A stretch of DNA of 64,000 bases from an uncultured Gammaproteobacteria bacterium (GCA_964527425.1 CAZGOA010000001.1:20842-84841); one strand, 5' to 3'; positions 50,657 to 61,662 are shown, counted from the stretch's first letter. The notes: generated by a model not told the origin, from the sequence alone. Program-made: numbers and translations.

Positions 50657-52272
50657 AATTTCCTGCTCCCAAGAGTAAATCGCTTAGGTCTAATTAATAC
50701 TGATAGCAACAAAAAACTCATAGCTGTAATAGAAATTATATTACTAATCATCCTTAATGGAGTATCTTTAAATACTGCAGTTATAGTATGCGCTCCTGGT
50801 GGGATCGTTACTTCAATAATTCCATCGTTGTTGTTAATAGGAATACTTTTGTTATCCGAGTATACATACCAACCTGGATAATATAGTCTGTTAATTAAAA
50901 CGGTGCTTTCTTTCTCGCCTTGTATGGTAAATCTGTCGGTTGTAGTCGTTGAAGATAAGGAAGTAACAACGCCGTCTCCCGATAGAATTGATATCCTAGA
51001 AGTGGGTCGTTCTTTTTTCCATGTTGTCCACTTAGTTGAGAAACTATTTCCCATAGAAGATGTACCATCAGTATAATTTTTTTCTGACGTATAATATTCA
51101 TCAGACCTTGGTTCATACAAAACCGGCTGTGAGTATGCAAATGTTAAGACGATACTAGCAAGTACAATAACCAATATCATCCATTTGCGCATATATTCAA
51201 AACTATACACAGCCAGAAATGGAATACTAATTACTATAAGTGATAGTAATCGCCAAGGATATTGGACTAGCTGAAGTGGCTTAAGGATAGTCCAAAGAGG
51301 AATACTTATCTCTAACAATAAGAAGAAAACTATTATGATTATTACAAGAAAAAAACGAACCAAATTAATGTATAGTGGATGTTTATTAATTTTTATAAAG
51401 GTGATAATAGTAATAAAAAATATTAATAGAGGAATTATTCCAATCTGCTGTGACATCTCAGTACCAGAAGCTCCAGGATTTGAAAATCCACTACCCCATG
51501 ATGGTATTAATAACTGAAAAAGTTGAGGAAAATGATCACTATAGGTAGAAGTATTTAAACCTACCATATACTTACTTTCAAACAAAGCTGGCAGCCAAAA
51601 ATATGCCGCTCCAAGAAACCCGAGTATATAGTGTATTATTGCAGTTTTGTTTGTTAGAAATATATAAACTGCTATGATCGGCAATGTAATCATTGCCATA
51701 ATATTGTGTGTTATACATAAAAGAAAAATAGATAAACCGAGTACTATTTTTTTGTTCCAGCTAACTGATGCTAATGCTAACATACACCATGCTATTCCCC
51801 ATATTTCACCGATTGATCCTCTAACTGCTATATCCACAAACCAATACGGTACAGTGGCAAATACTAGTGTTGCCCCTACTGCGATAAATAGTTTTGTAAA
51901 CTTTAGCATCAGGATATAGCAGCTTATGAGAGCAATAAGATAACCGATTACTAAGCTGAGTTTATAGCTATCAATGAGACTAAATCCTAATAAATGTATT
52001 ACTGAACCTACATAATTGGGAAATGGATAATGAAAAATAAATAGCGGAAGACCGTATCCACTGTTTAATCCTGGAGACCACCGAGGAAATAAGTGTCCAT
52101 CTTGTAACATCTTTGTAAATTCATAAAAGCGTATAATATGAAATTCACCGTCATGAGTAGGGATATATGATCGACCTGCATAGGGAATAGAAATAATCGC
52201 CCAAAAAGAAAAAATAATTCCTAGCCCAACCAAAAATGCAATATATTGATTCTTACCTTGAAAGGTATTCAT
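50653..52272 (-). CDS. GT-C membrane protein, PTPS-related/YfhO-like, paralog A
   Basis: THDGEFHIIR, FPRW...LNSGYGLPLF, RGSIGE, FWLPA..E, QYPWRLL, YYPGW. Confidence 0.78.
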   Translation of the reverse strand: MNTFQGKNQYIAFLVGLGIIFSFWAIISIPYAGRSYIPTHDGEFHIIRFYEFTKMLQDGHLFPRWSPGLNSGYGLPLFIFHYPFPNYVGSVIHLLGFSLIDSYKLSLVIGYLIALISCYILMLKFTKLFIAVGATLVFATVPYWFVDIAVRGSIGEIWGIAWCMLALASVSWNKKIVLGLSIFLLCITHNIMAMITLPIIAVYIFLTNKTAIIHYILGFLGAAYFWLPALFESKYMVGLNTSTYSDHFPQLFQLLIPSWGSGFSNPGASGTEMSQQIGIIPLLIFFITIITFIKINKHPLYINLVRFFLVIIIIVFFLLLEISIPLWTILKPLQLVQYPWRLLSLIVISIPFLAVYSFEYMRKWMILVIVLASIVLTFAYSQPVLYEPRSDEYYTSEKNYTDGTSSMGNSFSTKWTTWKKERPTSRISILSGDGVVTSLSSTTTTDRFTIQGEKESTVLINRLYYPGWYVYSDNKSIPINNNDGIIEVTIPPGAHTITAVFKDTPLRMISNIISITAMSFLLLSVLIRPKRFTLGSRKL

Positions 52273-53417
52273 GCTCTCATTTCCTTCATATGTTTTCTAA
52301 AAAAATAATTCCAATTTTTATAAGTAAATAGTATAGCTACAGGAGTAATCATACTGATTACACGCAATATTGGACCATATCCTTCATAATACCCCATAAA
52401 TATATAAGGGCTATGCCTTAATATAAGTCCAAAACTAAATGCTATAGAATATTCATATAAAATTTTATATTCTTTGTACGGCAAAAAACTTAACATTGTT
52501 AAAAACCACACAGCGTACCACGGATACATCTCTTCCCTCAAGGGAGTTAATAAAAATGCAAAAAACATACAAAAAAAACCAATAAAAAATAATTGTTTCA
52601 TGTCTCTTTTTATAAAAAATATTGGAATCATTGCTACTGTTGCACCTTTCACAAAAACTGAAAGAAGCCATACCAATATTCCCATGAGTTTATAAATTTT
52701 CTTTTGTTCTTTAAAAATAAAAAATCCCCACACCGCAAACAGCATCATAGTAATATCGTTATGTCCACCTACAATAACTTCTACTAAAATTAAGGGATTA
52801 AATGCAAATACGCTTACTTGAAATACATTGTTCGTTTTTTTATAAAGTAAGAATATAAAAAGTAAGTAACAAATTGTAACGAGACCTTTAAATGAAATAA
52901 TAGTTAGCCAAACATTATTTAAGCCTAAGAAATGAGGTATAGCAGTAAGTAATATCCAGGTGGGTCCATATAACGCAACTTTATTCGCTGCTCTCGTATA
53001 AGCCAAAGCAGGTTCATTCGGAATATCTATAGGCATAGTTATCCATGGATTTTCTTTCCAAAAAAAAGTTACTTTTGCCGTCGCGATATAATTAAAAATG
53101 TCATAGGAAAATGCAGGAAAAGCGATTAACAAGAAAAAAACGACTATCAGTAATAACGTTCGTATCTCTTTAATACTTATGCGTTTAGTATACGAAAGAT
53201 AAAGAACTCTTAAGTAGAGTATAAACAACGAAATAATAATACTCACATAAATAATCCCAAACATAAAACGATTATTCTGAAGTAATGATTGCAACGTAGT
53301 CTGAAACGATTGGTATATTTGTCTATCAAGTAAGAATAGATTTAAATCTACAAAACAATACGAGAACACTATCAAAACTAATGAGGTAATAATGAATCCA
53401 ATCGACAATATCTTCAT
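52269..53417 (-). CDS. GT-C glycosyltransferase, MptA/MptB (alpha-1,6-mannosyltransferase)-like
   Basis: SYDIFNY, NPW, YGPTW, NPL..VE, GHND, PWY..W. Confidence 0.7.
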   Translation of the reverse strand: MKILSIGFIITSLVLIVFSYCFVDLNLFLLDRQIYQSFQTTLQSLLQNNRFMFGIIYVSIIISLFILYLRVLYLSYTKRISIKEIRTLLLIVVFFLLIAFPAFSYDIFNYIATAKVTFFWKENPWITMPIDIPNEPALAYTRAANKVALYGPTWILLTAIPHFLGLNNVWLTIISFKGLVTICYLLFIFLLYKKTNNVFQVSVFAFNPLILVEVIVGGHNDITMMLFAVWGFFIFKEQKKIYKLMGILVWLLSVFVKGATVAMIPIFFIKRDMKQLFFIGFFCMFFAFLLTPLREEMYPWYAVWFLTMLSFLPYKEYKILYEYSIAFSFGLILRHSPYIFMGYYEGYGPILRVISMITPVAILFTYKNWNYFFRKHMKEMRA

Positions 53418-53420
53418 AAT

Positions 53421-54938
53421 CTATAAATAAGGTTCTTCATCTCTAAACGAAGAATTATCCGGTTCCAGTAATAAGTCATCTTCTGCTTTTTTAAGCTTTT
53501 CCTGTGACTTTAAACATTCGTCTAAACCATCTCCATCGACTGGTTTAGATGAAGTATTTATACAAAAATCTATAATATCAAGCCTCATCAATTCACTATT
53601 GTGTAGTAGAATGGCCTCATCAATTAATGTGTGCAAATTTAATACCGTCTCAGCTTCATGCTCTGGAGTCCACGTAACTTGTTGTGGTACTTTGCCTTTT
53701 AATTCTTCCAGAACCTTAATATGCGTCTTTAATGCCTCGGCATATAATGTAATTGTAGGCTTAATATCTTTTCCCTCACTGTATGCATTTAGAATAACCG
53801 CTTGAAGAGTGCCTATGTAATTTATAGAGGTTTTTAACCCTTCAGAGCCTAACAAATATTGCTTATACTCGAACAATGTTTTTGATTGAACAAGATACTT
53901 ATCTGCCTGTGCTAAATTAAATCTAAATCGGGCAATACTTCCCCAAACCCAATAGGATTGAAGAGTATCGATGAACAAAGATAATTTATAAAATTTACTT
54001 CCTGGCATTGCTGATGGATATGGCAGTACATAATCTGCCCTAACCTGACTTACAATACTTAATAAACAGAAACAGAAAACTAAAGCAGAAAGTACTGTTT
54101 TAATATGAAAGGATTTAAAATATGCAACTGGATAATGTAAAGCAGAGAAAAATGAAAAAATAAATCCTCTTATTCCGTCTAGTATTCCCTTATGTCGTAT
54201 ATACAAAGACAAAAAAACTTGCAGTGGTTTTATTATAGTATAAATGATAAATCGTAATATTCCGATTTGTTTTTCTGTGCGTATTTGCTTTGCTAATAGA
54301 CTGGTATATTTCGCTGCACCTTCAAAGTATCGTTTAAATGTTGGATTGGAATAATGATTTAAATCATGATGCAGCCAACCCACTCGACCTTCTATAATAA
54401 TTTGTTCATGAACACTTTTTGCAGGAACTGTTCCTTTATTTTTTTTGAATAGACGAATAACACCATCAGGATACATACCTGCATACGTCATTGGTTTTCC
54501 TAGAAAGAAATTTCTTCTCGGTAAATAATAGCCATTAACAGGTCCTTGTTCTGGTCTTTTTATGGAATCTCTAGATTCAACTAATAATTGATGACGCAAA
54601 AAAAGCTCACTAGTATTTGATTCTTGAGTGCTTTTTGCTAATACAACACGTTTAATCTCGTTTGATAAATTTTTAGTAACTTCTTCATCAGCATCTATTT
54701 GAAGTATCCATTCTCCAGAGCATGCTTCTACTGCTTTTTTCTTATTAATATGAAAGACTTTGGGATTATCTGTATTCAGGATAATTGCATTAAACTCTTT
54801 TGCAATAGACAGGGTGTTATCAGTCGAACCCCCATCAACTATTACAATTTCATCTGCCAATTCTTTAATTGATAACAAGCATCTCTTTAAATTTGACTCT
54901 TCATTATATACTGCTAATGCTACAGATAAATGCTTCAT
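53421..54938 (-). CDS. Fusion: GT2 (KdtX-like) + internal signal-peptide-like segment + DUF5667-like helical domain
   Basis: aa 1-276: VDGGSTDNT, IDADE, RRNFFLG, YPD..IRL, VHE, GILDG. aa 280-301: KTVLSALVFCFCLLSIVSQVRA. Then DYVLPYPSAMPGSKFY. Confidence 0.72.
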   Translation of the reverse strand: MKHLSVALAVYNEESNLKRCLLSIKELADEIVIVDGGSTDNTLSIAKEFNAIILNTDNPKVFHINKKKAVEACSGEWILQIDADEEVTKNLSNEIKRVVLAKSTQESNTSELFLRHQLLVESRDSIKRPEQGPVNGYYLPRRNFFLGKPMTYAGMYPDGVIRLFKKNKGTVPAKSVHEQIIIEGRVGWLHHDLNHYSNPTFKRYFEGAAKYTSLLAKQIRTEKQIGILRFIIYTIIKPLQVFLSLYIRHKGILDGIRGFIFSFFSALHYPVAYFKSFHIKTVLSALVFCFCLLSIVSQVRADYVLPYPSAMPGSKFYKLSLFIDTLQSYWVWGSIARFRFNLAQADKYLVQSKTLFEYKQYLLGSEGLKTSINYIGTLQAVILNAYSEGKDIKPTITLYAEALKTHIKVLEELKGKVPQQVTWTPEHEAETVLNLHTLIDEAILLHNSELMRLDIIDFCINTSSKPVDGDGLDECLKSQEKLKKAEDDLLLEPDNSSFRDEEPYL

Positions 54939-54939
54939 A

Positions 54940-56574
54940 CTATTTTTTTAATAATCGTTTTTTGATAAAGGGAACACTTACCAATAAAACTAATCCAAAC
55001 ATACCAACTAAAGACATACTATTAGCAACACTTCTTAATTTTGTATCTGTATAAATAATTTCAATATCATGCTCACCAGGTTCTAACCAGAATGTCATTC
55101 TTCCTCTCCAATTAGGATCCTGAAATTCAATTGGTATTTGAGTTCCATTATCTATAATAATCCACCCTGGAAAATAAAGTGTATTTTCAACAAATCTAGT
55201 TCGTTCAATAACGTGTATATTGTATGTTCTCTTTGTAGAATTTCTGAAAAGCATTTCAATCGTCGCATTTCCATCTATTATCTGTAATGGTGCGATTGCT
55301 TCTGATTCCATAAAACGCACAGACCAAATAGGACTACTTTCTCCAGTATCAGTTGTTCCATGATAAATATTTGTAAAAAAAGAATCATCGTATAGTCGAT
55401 ATTCTTTTGGTTTCCACATTTGATACGTTGTAATGATCAACATAATAATAGTAAATACTAGTACTAATTGTTGCTTTTTTTCTGAAATGAATGAACATGC
55501 AAATCCACCTATTGCTGATGTTACGAAAACGGTAATAGTTAAAAGTCGCCAGGGAAACTGAAATTTTTGAAGGATTGTTACCGTATTCCAAACAGGAATA
55601 GACCATTCAGTCATAAGAAATAATGATCCAGCAAAAACTCCTAACATTGCAAAACCAAATATTCTTTTTTTCATTTTTTTTGTTGTGATGACGATGTACA
55701 TAGTACTTACTACGAACATCCATTGAATTATTCCTACCTCTTTTGAAAATTGAGCTCCCCCTCCATAATTCCAGGGTGAATATATAAACGATAACGGATT
55801 AACCATTCGGGTTATCACCTCGCCCTGAGTGACAATATCTCTAAGCGTATACTTACCTTCCAAAAAAGCAGGCATTAAGAAAAATGAAGACAAAAGCACA
55901 CCCAATACAGTTCCTATACCTATATAGAGACTACTTTTATACCGATGTTTAGTTTCAAAAAAAACTAAATATATAGAATATAGGAAACCGATAGGAATCA
56001 TCATCAGACTAACAGCATTATGAGAAAGAAGTAATCCTGCAACTGAAAGAGCAAGTAGACTTATCCAAATATGTTTTTTAGAATTTTTTATTAACCCATC
56101 AAGAGCAAACAATATTAATGGAATAAACACAAAAGCTACATGTTCTCCTATTGCTCCTCTAACAGTTAAATCCACGAATCGATACGGAGCAAAAGTGTAC
56201 AAAAAACCTGCAATCAAACCAGCAGTAGTTCCCCATCTGCCTTTTGCCCAATAATACATACTAAATCCACTTAACAAATAGCTTACTGCAAACACTAATT
56301 TTGTACTGCTAAGTATGGAAAATCCTAAAACATGAAACAATGAAGCAACATAAGAAGGTAAGGGATATAAAAACATTACTACAGGATGGCCAAATCCCCA
56401 ATTTAAATTACCAGCCCATCTTGGTACTATATTTCCTTCACTTAAAGACTGATAAAAATTAGCAATCCGAACTACATGATCTTGCCCATCATGAGTAACG
56501 GGCAATCCTGGAACAAGCAAATGCGCTATAGGTAATAGTAATAGCAACAATAATAATACTGGTATATATTTCAT
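54940..56574 (-). CDS. GT-C membrane protein, PTPS-related/YfhO-like, paralog B
   Basis: THDGQDHVVR, VPRWAGNLNWGFG.P, APYR.VD..VRGAIGE, QFPWRLL, YFPGW; start taken at ATG 56574. Confidence 0.78.
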   Translation of the reverse strand: MKYIPVLLLLLLLLPIAHLLVPGLPVTHDGQDHVVRIANFYQSLSEGNIVPRWAGNLNWGFGHPVVMFLYPLPSYVASLFHVLGFSILSSTKLVFAVSYLLSGFSMYYWAKGRWGTTAGLIAGFLYTFAPYRFVDLTVRGAIGEHVAFVFIPLILFALDGLIKNSKKHIWISLLALSVAGLLLSHNAVSLMMIPIGFLYSIYLVFFETKHRYKSSLYIGIGTVLGVLLSSFFLMPAFLEGKYTLRDIVTQGEVITRMVNPLSFIYSPWNYGGGAQFSKEVGIIQWMFVVSTMYIVITTKKMKKRIFGFAMLGVFAGSLFLMTEWSIPVWNTVTILQKFQFPWRLLTITVFVTSAIGGFACSFISEKKQQLVLVFTIIMLIITTYQMWKPKEYRLYDDSFFTNIYHGTTDTGESSPIWSVRFMESEAIAPLQIIDGNATIEMLFRNSTKRTYNIHVIERTRFVENTLYFPGWIIIDNGTQIPIEFQDPNWRGRMTFWLEPGEHDIEIIYTDTKLRSVANSMSLVGMFGLVLLVSVPFIKKRLLKK

Positions 56575-56578
56575 TACT

Positions 56579-57013
56579 TTACCATCCATATTCTGAAAAG
56601 ATTATCTGTTTATTTACACAGTCAATAGCGTATTTAATATAAGTTATTGTGTTAGATGGAAGAGAATTTAATTGAAAAAACTGCAAATCATCACATTTGT
56701 TAGGTTCTGCATTAATGATTTCTCCTTTCCACTTTAAGCATCTAAAGAAAAAATCTACTCGCTCGTCATCTTTTTTTCTATGCATTACGTGTACTAACTG
56801 TAAATCTTCAGGCTGTATATGAAGGCCAATTTCTTCCTTAATTTCTCTGCAGGTGCCTTTCCTGATAGGTTCTCCTTGTTCCATATGACCTGCAGGAACA
56901 CTATATTTTCCATCTTCATATCCTGTTTGAAATCGTCGAGAAAGCAAAATAGTATTATTGACTATGTGTAATAAATATCCGGATATAATAACTTTATGAC
57001 GATTTACATGCAT
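56579..57013 (-). CDS. NUDIX hydrolase
   Basis: Nudix box GHMEQGE......CREIKEEIG; TGYEDG, NAEPNKC. Confidence 0.9.
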   Translation of the reverse strand: MHVNRHKVIISGYLLHIVNNTILLSRRFQTGYEDGKYSVPAGHMEQGEPIRKGTCREIKEEIGLHIQPEDLQLVHVMHRKKDDERVDFFFRCLKWKGEIINAEPNKCDDLQFFQLNSLPSNTITYIKYAIDCVNKQIIFSEYGW

Positions 57014-57019
57014 ATCGTT

Positions 57020-58645
57020 TTAGTGAGAAATAAGCATTGCAACTGTACCATCTAAATAATAAACAGTTTTTAATGTTCCTTCATTCATTTCTATAGGTGC
57101 ACCTAAATAAAGCGTCTTTTTATCTCTTTTTTCTTTATCCCACTGGAGAGTCCTGAACTCAAATTTATCAAACTTATTAAAACGCTCCGCAAAACTTCCT
57201 GAAACTGTTCCACCTTCTTCTAGATACTTTTTTGGATCATATTTTAGATAAAATAAGAAGAACATGTGTGGTTGTTCAAGTTTTGTAGAAACAACTATTT
57301 TGTCATAATCATCATAACGCTCCATGACAAAAGGAATAGCCTCTTTGTATCCGTATTGCCAAAAATTTGAAAATTCTTTATTCTGATGAACAAAATACAT
57401 CACTAGATAATAGGAAACATTAAATAGATAACTTCCTATAAATACTGCGAGAACAAAAGCTGTAACATATTTTCGAAAGGTACTTATATATACCAGAAAG
57501 TGCAAGATACCCAATCCAATTACTATTTGAAAGGTAGGCAAAAACACTAACGTTCTTATAGCATGAGGCAATTCTGTAGTAGGAGATGCCGCAATAGGAG
57601 CTATTAACATCCAGGCAAGTACTAATTTACCAGCTTGTCTTCCGTATCTTATTAAAAAAAATAATCCGATAAATAAAAATGGTAACTCGATATGATATAA
57701 CAATCCCATTCCAGGGGCATGATGACGAGGATTATCTCCAGTTAAGAACAACCAATTTAATGAAAAACTAGATAAATATCCTGAAAGCAATGTCTGTGCG
57801 AAAACAATTCTACGATTATCTAAAATTTTACCAAGTAAATTATTTGTAGTCTGATTTCTTTCCAGTTTAATTACTGATCGTTCTAATAATCTCGTTTGAT
57901 CAGCAAGAGCACTGGTTCCTCGAAGTCTTGTTAGTGTAGATGAATCTGTTAATACAGGAATTAATGGTCCTATTGTTAACAAACCAACGACAGTTGCTAT
58001 TAATACTGACTTCCATTTTTTTATTACCATATTAAAAAACACACAACCCAATACTATTACTAATAGTGGAGAAAAAATTCTCTGGCTGTGATAGGCATAT
58101 ATTGAAAGACTAAATAAAAATGCTGATAACGAAAAAAATATTCCTTTCTTTAAACCCCATAAAAAACTTACTACTGCCCAAATAGTTACAGTAAGCCCTA
58201 TTCCTGCCTCAAATGCCATACGCGAAAATTGTAAATGCCACGGGGATATTGCAAGTAGCAATGAAACAATAAATGGTAAATACTGAAATTTAGTGCTCTT
58301 TGAAAAATAGCTAACAAGTTCTTTCGTAAGAAAATACGTTCCAATTACTGCTAATACACCCATGACGACAGCAGGTAATCGAACAGACCAAATATCTAAT
58401 CCAAACATCCACATACTAGGAACCGTTAAATACATATATAACGGTGGTTTATAATCATCATAAGAGCGAAGTGAAAGTGGAAACCAATTACCATATTCAT
58501 CTCTTCCAGTTTTCAGTATCGAATAGGCATTATACCCTAAAGCAGCTTCATCCCAATTAGGTCCGGGGGGAACGATCCCAAGATTCCATAATCTTAAAAT
58601 TGTAGCGAGTAAAATAATAAAACCTAATACAATATAATTCTTCAT
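57020..58645 (-). CDS. GT-C glycosyltransferase (ArnT/PMT-like), paralog 1
   Basis: WDEAALGYNAYSILKTGRDEYG, DYKPPLY, ISPWHLQFSR.AFE, PHAIR, WQYGYK. Confidence 0.8.
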   Translation of the reverse strand: MKNYIVLGFIILLATILRLWNLGIVPPGPNWDEAALGYNAYSILKTGRDEYGNWFPLSLRSYDDYKPPLYMYLTVPSMWMFGLDIWSVRLPAVVMGVLAVIGTYFLTKELVSYFSKSTKFQYLPFIVSLLLAISPWHLQFSRMAFEAGIGLTVTIWAVVSFLWGLKKGIFFSLSAFLFSLSIYAYHSQRIFSPLLVIVLGCVFFNMVIKKWKSVLIATVVGLLTIGPLIPVLTDSSTLTRLRGTSALADQTRLLERSVIKLERNQTTNNLLGKILDNRRIVFAQTLLSGYLSSFSLNWLFLTGDNPRHHAPGMGLLYHIELPFLFIGLFFLIRYGRQAGKLVLAWMLIAPIAASPTTELPHAIRTLVFLPTFQIVIGLGILHFLVYISTFRKYVTAFVLAVFIGSYLFNVSYYLVMYFVHQNKEFSNFWQYGYKEAIPFVMERYDDYDKIVVSTKLEQPHMFFLFYLKYDPKKYLEEGGTVSGSFAERFNKFDKFEFRTLQWDKEKRDKKTLYLGAPIEMNEGTLKTVYYLDGTVAMLISH

Positions 58646-58648
58646 ATA

Positions 58649-60343
58649 TTATTCAAACACTGTTAACACTTCTGTTCCATTTAATAATGTAATATGTTTG
58701 ATCACTGTGGCATCCATTGGTTTTAAATGAGGTGGCAGCACATACAAAACACGTCCTTCTAATACTGGCACTTCACCATCTACAAATGTATATTTTCCAA
58801 AACCTTTTACTTTATAAAATCCTGCCGCATCAAAGAAAGATATTTTTGACTCCCAAAATTCCTGTGGTGAATACTTGCCATAAAATAATGCATACATATA
58901 TGGTCTACCGATTGTCTCTGAAACAACTATATGATCATATCTATCTTTCAATGATTCTGTAACTTCCAGGGCCTGCTTGTATCCATATTGCCATTCACCA
59001 GAGAATTCATACGGATAATGAGCATAATAATTATGAAGATAGAAAACTATAAGTGCTGCATACATTAATACAAGATTCAGACCATAGAAATATTTAACAC
59101 TCTTTCTTTTTAAGATGTCCCATACAGAAATAATACCTACACCAATAGCTATATGCCATGTTGGAAGTGTATTCAATATTCGTAATGCATGCGGAGTTTC
59201 TCTAGCAACACCAGCTGGTACGATAGCTAATAATAACCATCCCAATAAGAGTATACCTATTTTTACATTCATTGAAAAAATCACATACCATCCAATCGCC
59301 AAAAATACAACTTCTATGATGTAGAATTGACCAGTATCCTGAATCGAAAATTTTGGATTACCGTCTCCTTTAATAAATAGAAATGATGGATCAAAATGAT
59401 CTAAATAGTGTTTCAAATACGAAATACCATACCCTACTCTTCTATTATTAAGTACGTTTGCCCACCAACTGTTTCCGGCATGCTCTATCCTGGCATTTGC
59501 TGTAGTTACAATAAGTGGATCAGAAAAAATATTTACCTCTTTAAAACGAAGTCTTGCCTCGGGCGATAATAAATGTGGTAACAAAGGCAACATAAATATA
59601 CTTGCAATAAAAATACTTACCACTAATCTCATAACTGTAATGTTCATCGAAGTATTTAGTGATTTTGATTTACTTTTAAAAACCGATTTACGTATCGCCG
59701 AAAAAAACATCTGAAGCTCTTTACCATATGTAAACCACAGCAGAAGTAATGCAAAAAAAGGTAGAAAATACCGAGCACTATTAAATGTATACATAGCGGC
59801 CACAAATGGAAGCCACATCAGTAACTGTAATTTTGGTTTATTCTTTGAACTAAGGATGATCAATACACCCAAAACAACAAAAAAAAGCGCTATAACAGCT
59901 TCAAAACCCGCCCTTGATAGATTAATATGCCAGGGTGATACAGCTAACACTGCTGCAGATAATAAAGCAAATCTATGAGGAAACTTATATGAACTGAACA
60001 GTACCATAACCAATGCGTACGTCAATAAAACTGTAAGAGTACTTACTATCACTACTGGTAAACGTACAGATAATTCATTAAGTCCCAATAAACCTACAAA
60101 AGGAGCAGTTAGATAGATAGAAACTGGTGGTTTATAGTCACCATAAGCAATAAATGTATCTAGTGGTAAAAACCTTCCATGTTCATCTTTTCCAGTATTC
60201 CAAATGCTCCAAGCATTATAACCAATAGAAACCTCATCCCATGTCAATGCTGGCGGGATATCTGTAATTTTATAAAAACGTAATAAAAAAGCGACACAGA
60301 TTATTATTATGAGTAGAAACCTTGTTTTTGATAAATCTTTCAT
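58649..60343 (-). CDS. GT-C glycosyltransferase (ArnT/PMT-like), paralog 2
   Basis: WDEVSIGYNAWSIWNTGKDEHG, DYKPP, VSPWHINLSRAGFE, PHALR, WQYGYK. Confidence 0.8.
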   Translation of the reverse strand: MKDLSKTRFLLIIIICVAFLLRFYKITDIPPALTWDEVSIGYNAWSIWNTGKDEHGRFLPLDTFIAYGDYKPPVSIYLTAPFVGLLGLNELSVRLPVVIVSTLTVLLTYALVMVLFSSYKFPHRFALLSAAVLAVSPWHINLSRAGFEAVIALFFVVLGVLIILSSKNKPKLQLLMWLPFVAAMYTFNSARYFLPFFALLLLWFTYGKELQMFFSAIRKSVFKSKSKSLNTSMNITVMRLVVSIFIASIFMLPLLPHLLSPEARLRFKEVNIFSDPLIVTTANARIEHAGNSWWANVLNNRRVGYGISYLKHYLDHFDPSFLFIKGDGNPKFSIQDTGQFYIIEVVFLAIGWYVIFSMNVKIGILLLGWLLLAIVPAGVARETPHALRILNTLPTWHIAIGVGIISVWDILKRKSVKYFYGLNLVLMYAALIVFYLHNYYAHYPYEFSGEWQYGYKQALEVTESLKDRYDHIVVSETIGRPYMYALFYGKYSPQEFWESKISFFDAAGFYKVKGFGKYTFVDGEVPVLEGRVLYVLPPHLKPMDATVIKHITLLNGTEVLTVFE

Positions 60344-61662
60344 GATATTTGATCAGAACGTATTATCTGTTCTTCATAATGAAATAACACACCAAGAATA
60401 AAAATTGTCGATAAAAACGCAATATGACTATTATTAAAATACCTACTGAAATACCAAATAATAAAAAGAAACACACCGTAGGATAAGAAGAGTTTAGAAA
60501 TTGATGGTTTTTTTCGTATCCAGAGTAGTAATAAGCCTAATACGGGTAATCCCAGACCTAACTGAAATATTGTAAACGGAAAGTAGTCTTTAATGTTGCC
60601 TATAAATCCGTGTTCAAACAGTATCATACTAAAACCATATCCAGAAACAGGATATCCTGTTTCTCCACCAGCACTCAAGTACAAAATCACACTATTAATA
60701 AAAGCTTGAGCATCCCATAGTAAAAAAGGCAACATTATTACTACTGCAGTACTCACGGCGATACATACATAAAAAACAAATTGTATTGTTCTGCTATTAT
60801 GAAACTTTAACCTTTTTATTAAAAGTTTTTTATTAGAGTAATGAGGAATTCCTAAAGCCAACCAAACATAGTAAATCCAAAATGGAAAAGCAAACCAAAG
60901 TGTCTGTTTTGACATCAAACCCAAACCGATTGATATTGCTGATAATACAATTCTTTTATTGTGTAATAAATAAACTGCATAAACTAACCACAATAAAGCA
61001 AATGTATCACTTCTTCCTTCTATAAAATAATGAGTAACTGCTGGAGACAGTGCTACTAGAATAATAGATATCTCTTTTAACACTGGATCTTTAAACCACC
61101 TCCATAAAACTACAATAATTCCAGTTAAAGCTATGAGCGATACTAATCTCACATCAAAGAATCCCAATGTTCGATTAGCTATCCAATAAACAGGAAATGG
61201 AAATAATAGATACCACGGAGGCATTACAAAATGGTATAACGCAGGATTTACTGCATCTTTACCTAATTCTGAGTATCTAAATAATTCAACAGGTGTATTA
61301 AAATAGGTTTCTTTATAGGGATTTTTACTTTGATGCAGATAACGCATAGCTGCTTCAAGCTGAAGTACAATGTCATGAGTACCCCATTGCGGTGCAATTT
61401 TATGCCGATCAATAATTGCAGTGTACGTAGTTCCTCCTATCACTATACTTAATACGATAATTAATAATACAAAGGATATTCGTCTATTCCACATACCAAA
61501 AGTACGTGGGTAAATATCAATGAATACTTTTCCAATTAAAGTAAAAAAAACTATGCCAAATAATGTGTATGGAGTTGTTTCAACAGGCCATATTCTAAAG
61601 TGCATAATCACAGGTATAGATAATGCAAAAAGTAGAATTGCCGGTATTGCAGAAAACGTCAT
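60340..61662 (-). CDS. GT-C glycosyltransferase, GT87 (PimE/MptC)-like
   Basis: HD...Q..A, NPY, MPPW, EGRSD, KQ..W, PFLLW. Confidence 0.68.
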   Translation of the reverse strand: MTFSAIPAILLFALSIPVIMHFRIWPVETTPYTLFGIVFFTLIGKVFIDIYPRTFGMWNRRISFVLLIIVLSIVIGGTTYTAIIDRHKIAPQWGTHDIVLQLEAAMRYLHQSKNPYKETYFNTPVELFRYSELGKDAVNPALYHFVMPPWYLLFPFPVYWIANRTLGFFDVRLVSLIALTGIIVVLWRWFKDPVLKEISIILVALSPAVTHYFIEGRSDTFALLWLVYAVYLLHNKRIVLSAISIGLGLMSKQTLWFAFPFWIYYVWLALGIPHYSNKKLLIKRLKFHNSRTIQFVFYVCIAVSTAVVIMLPFLLWDAQAFINSVILYLSAGGETGYPVSGYGFSMILFEHGFIGNIKDYFPFTIFQLGLGLPVLGLLLLWIRKKPSISKLFLSYGVFLFIIWYFSRYFNNSHIAFLSTIFILGVLFHYEEQIIRSDQIS

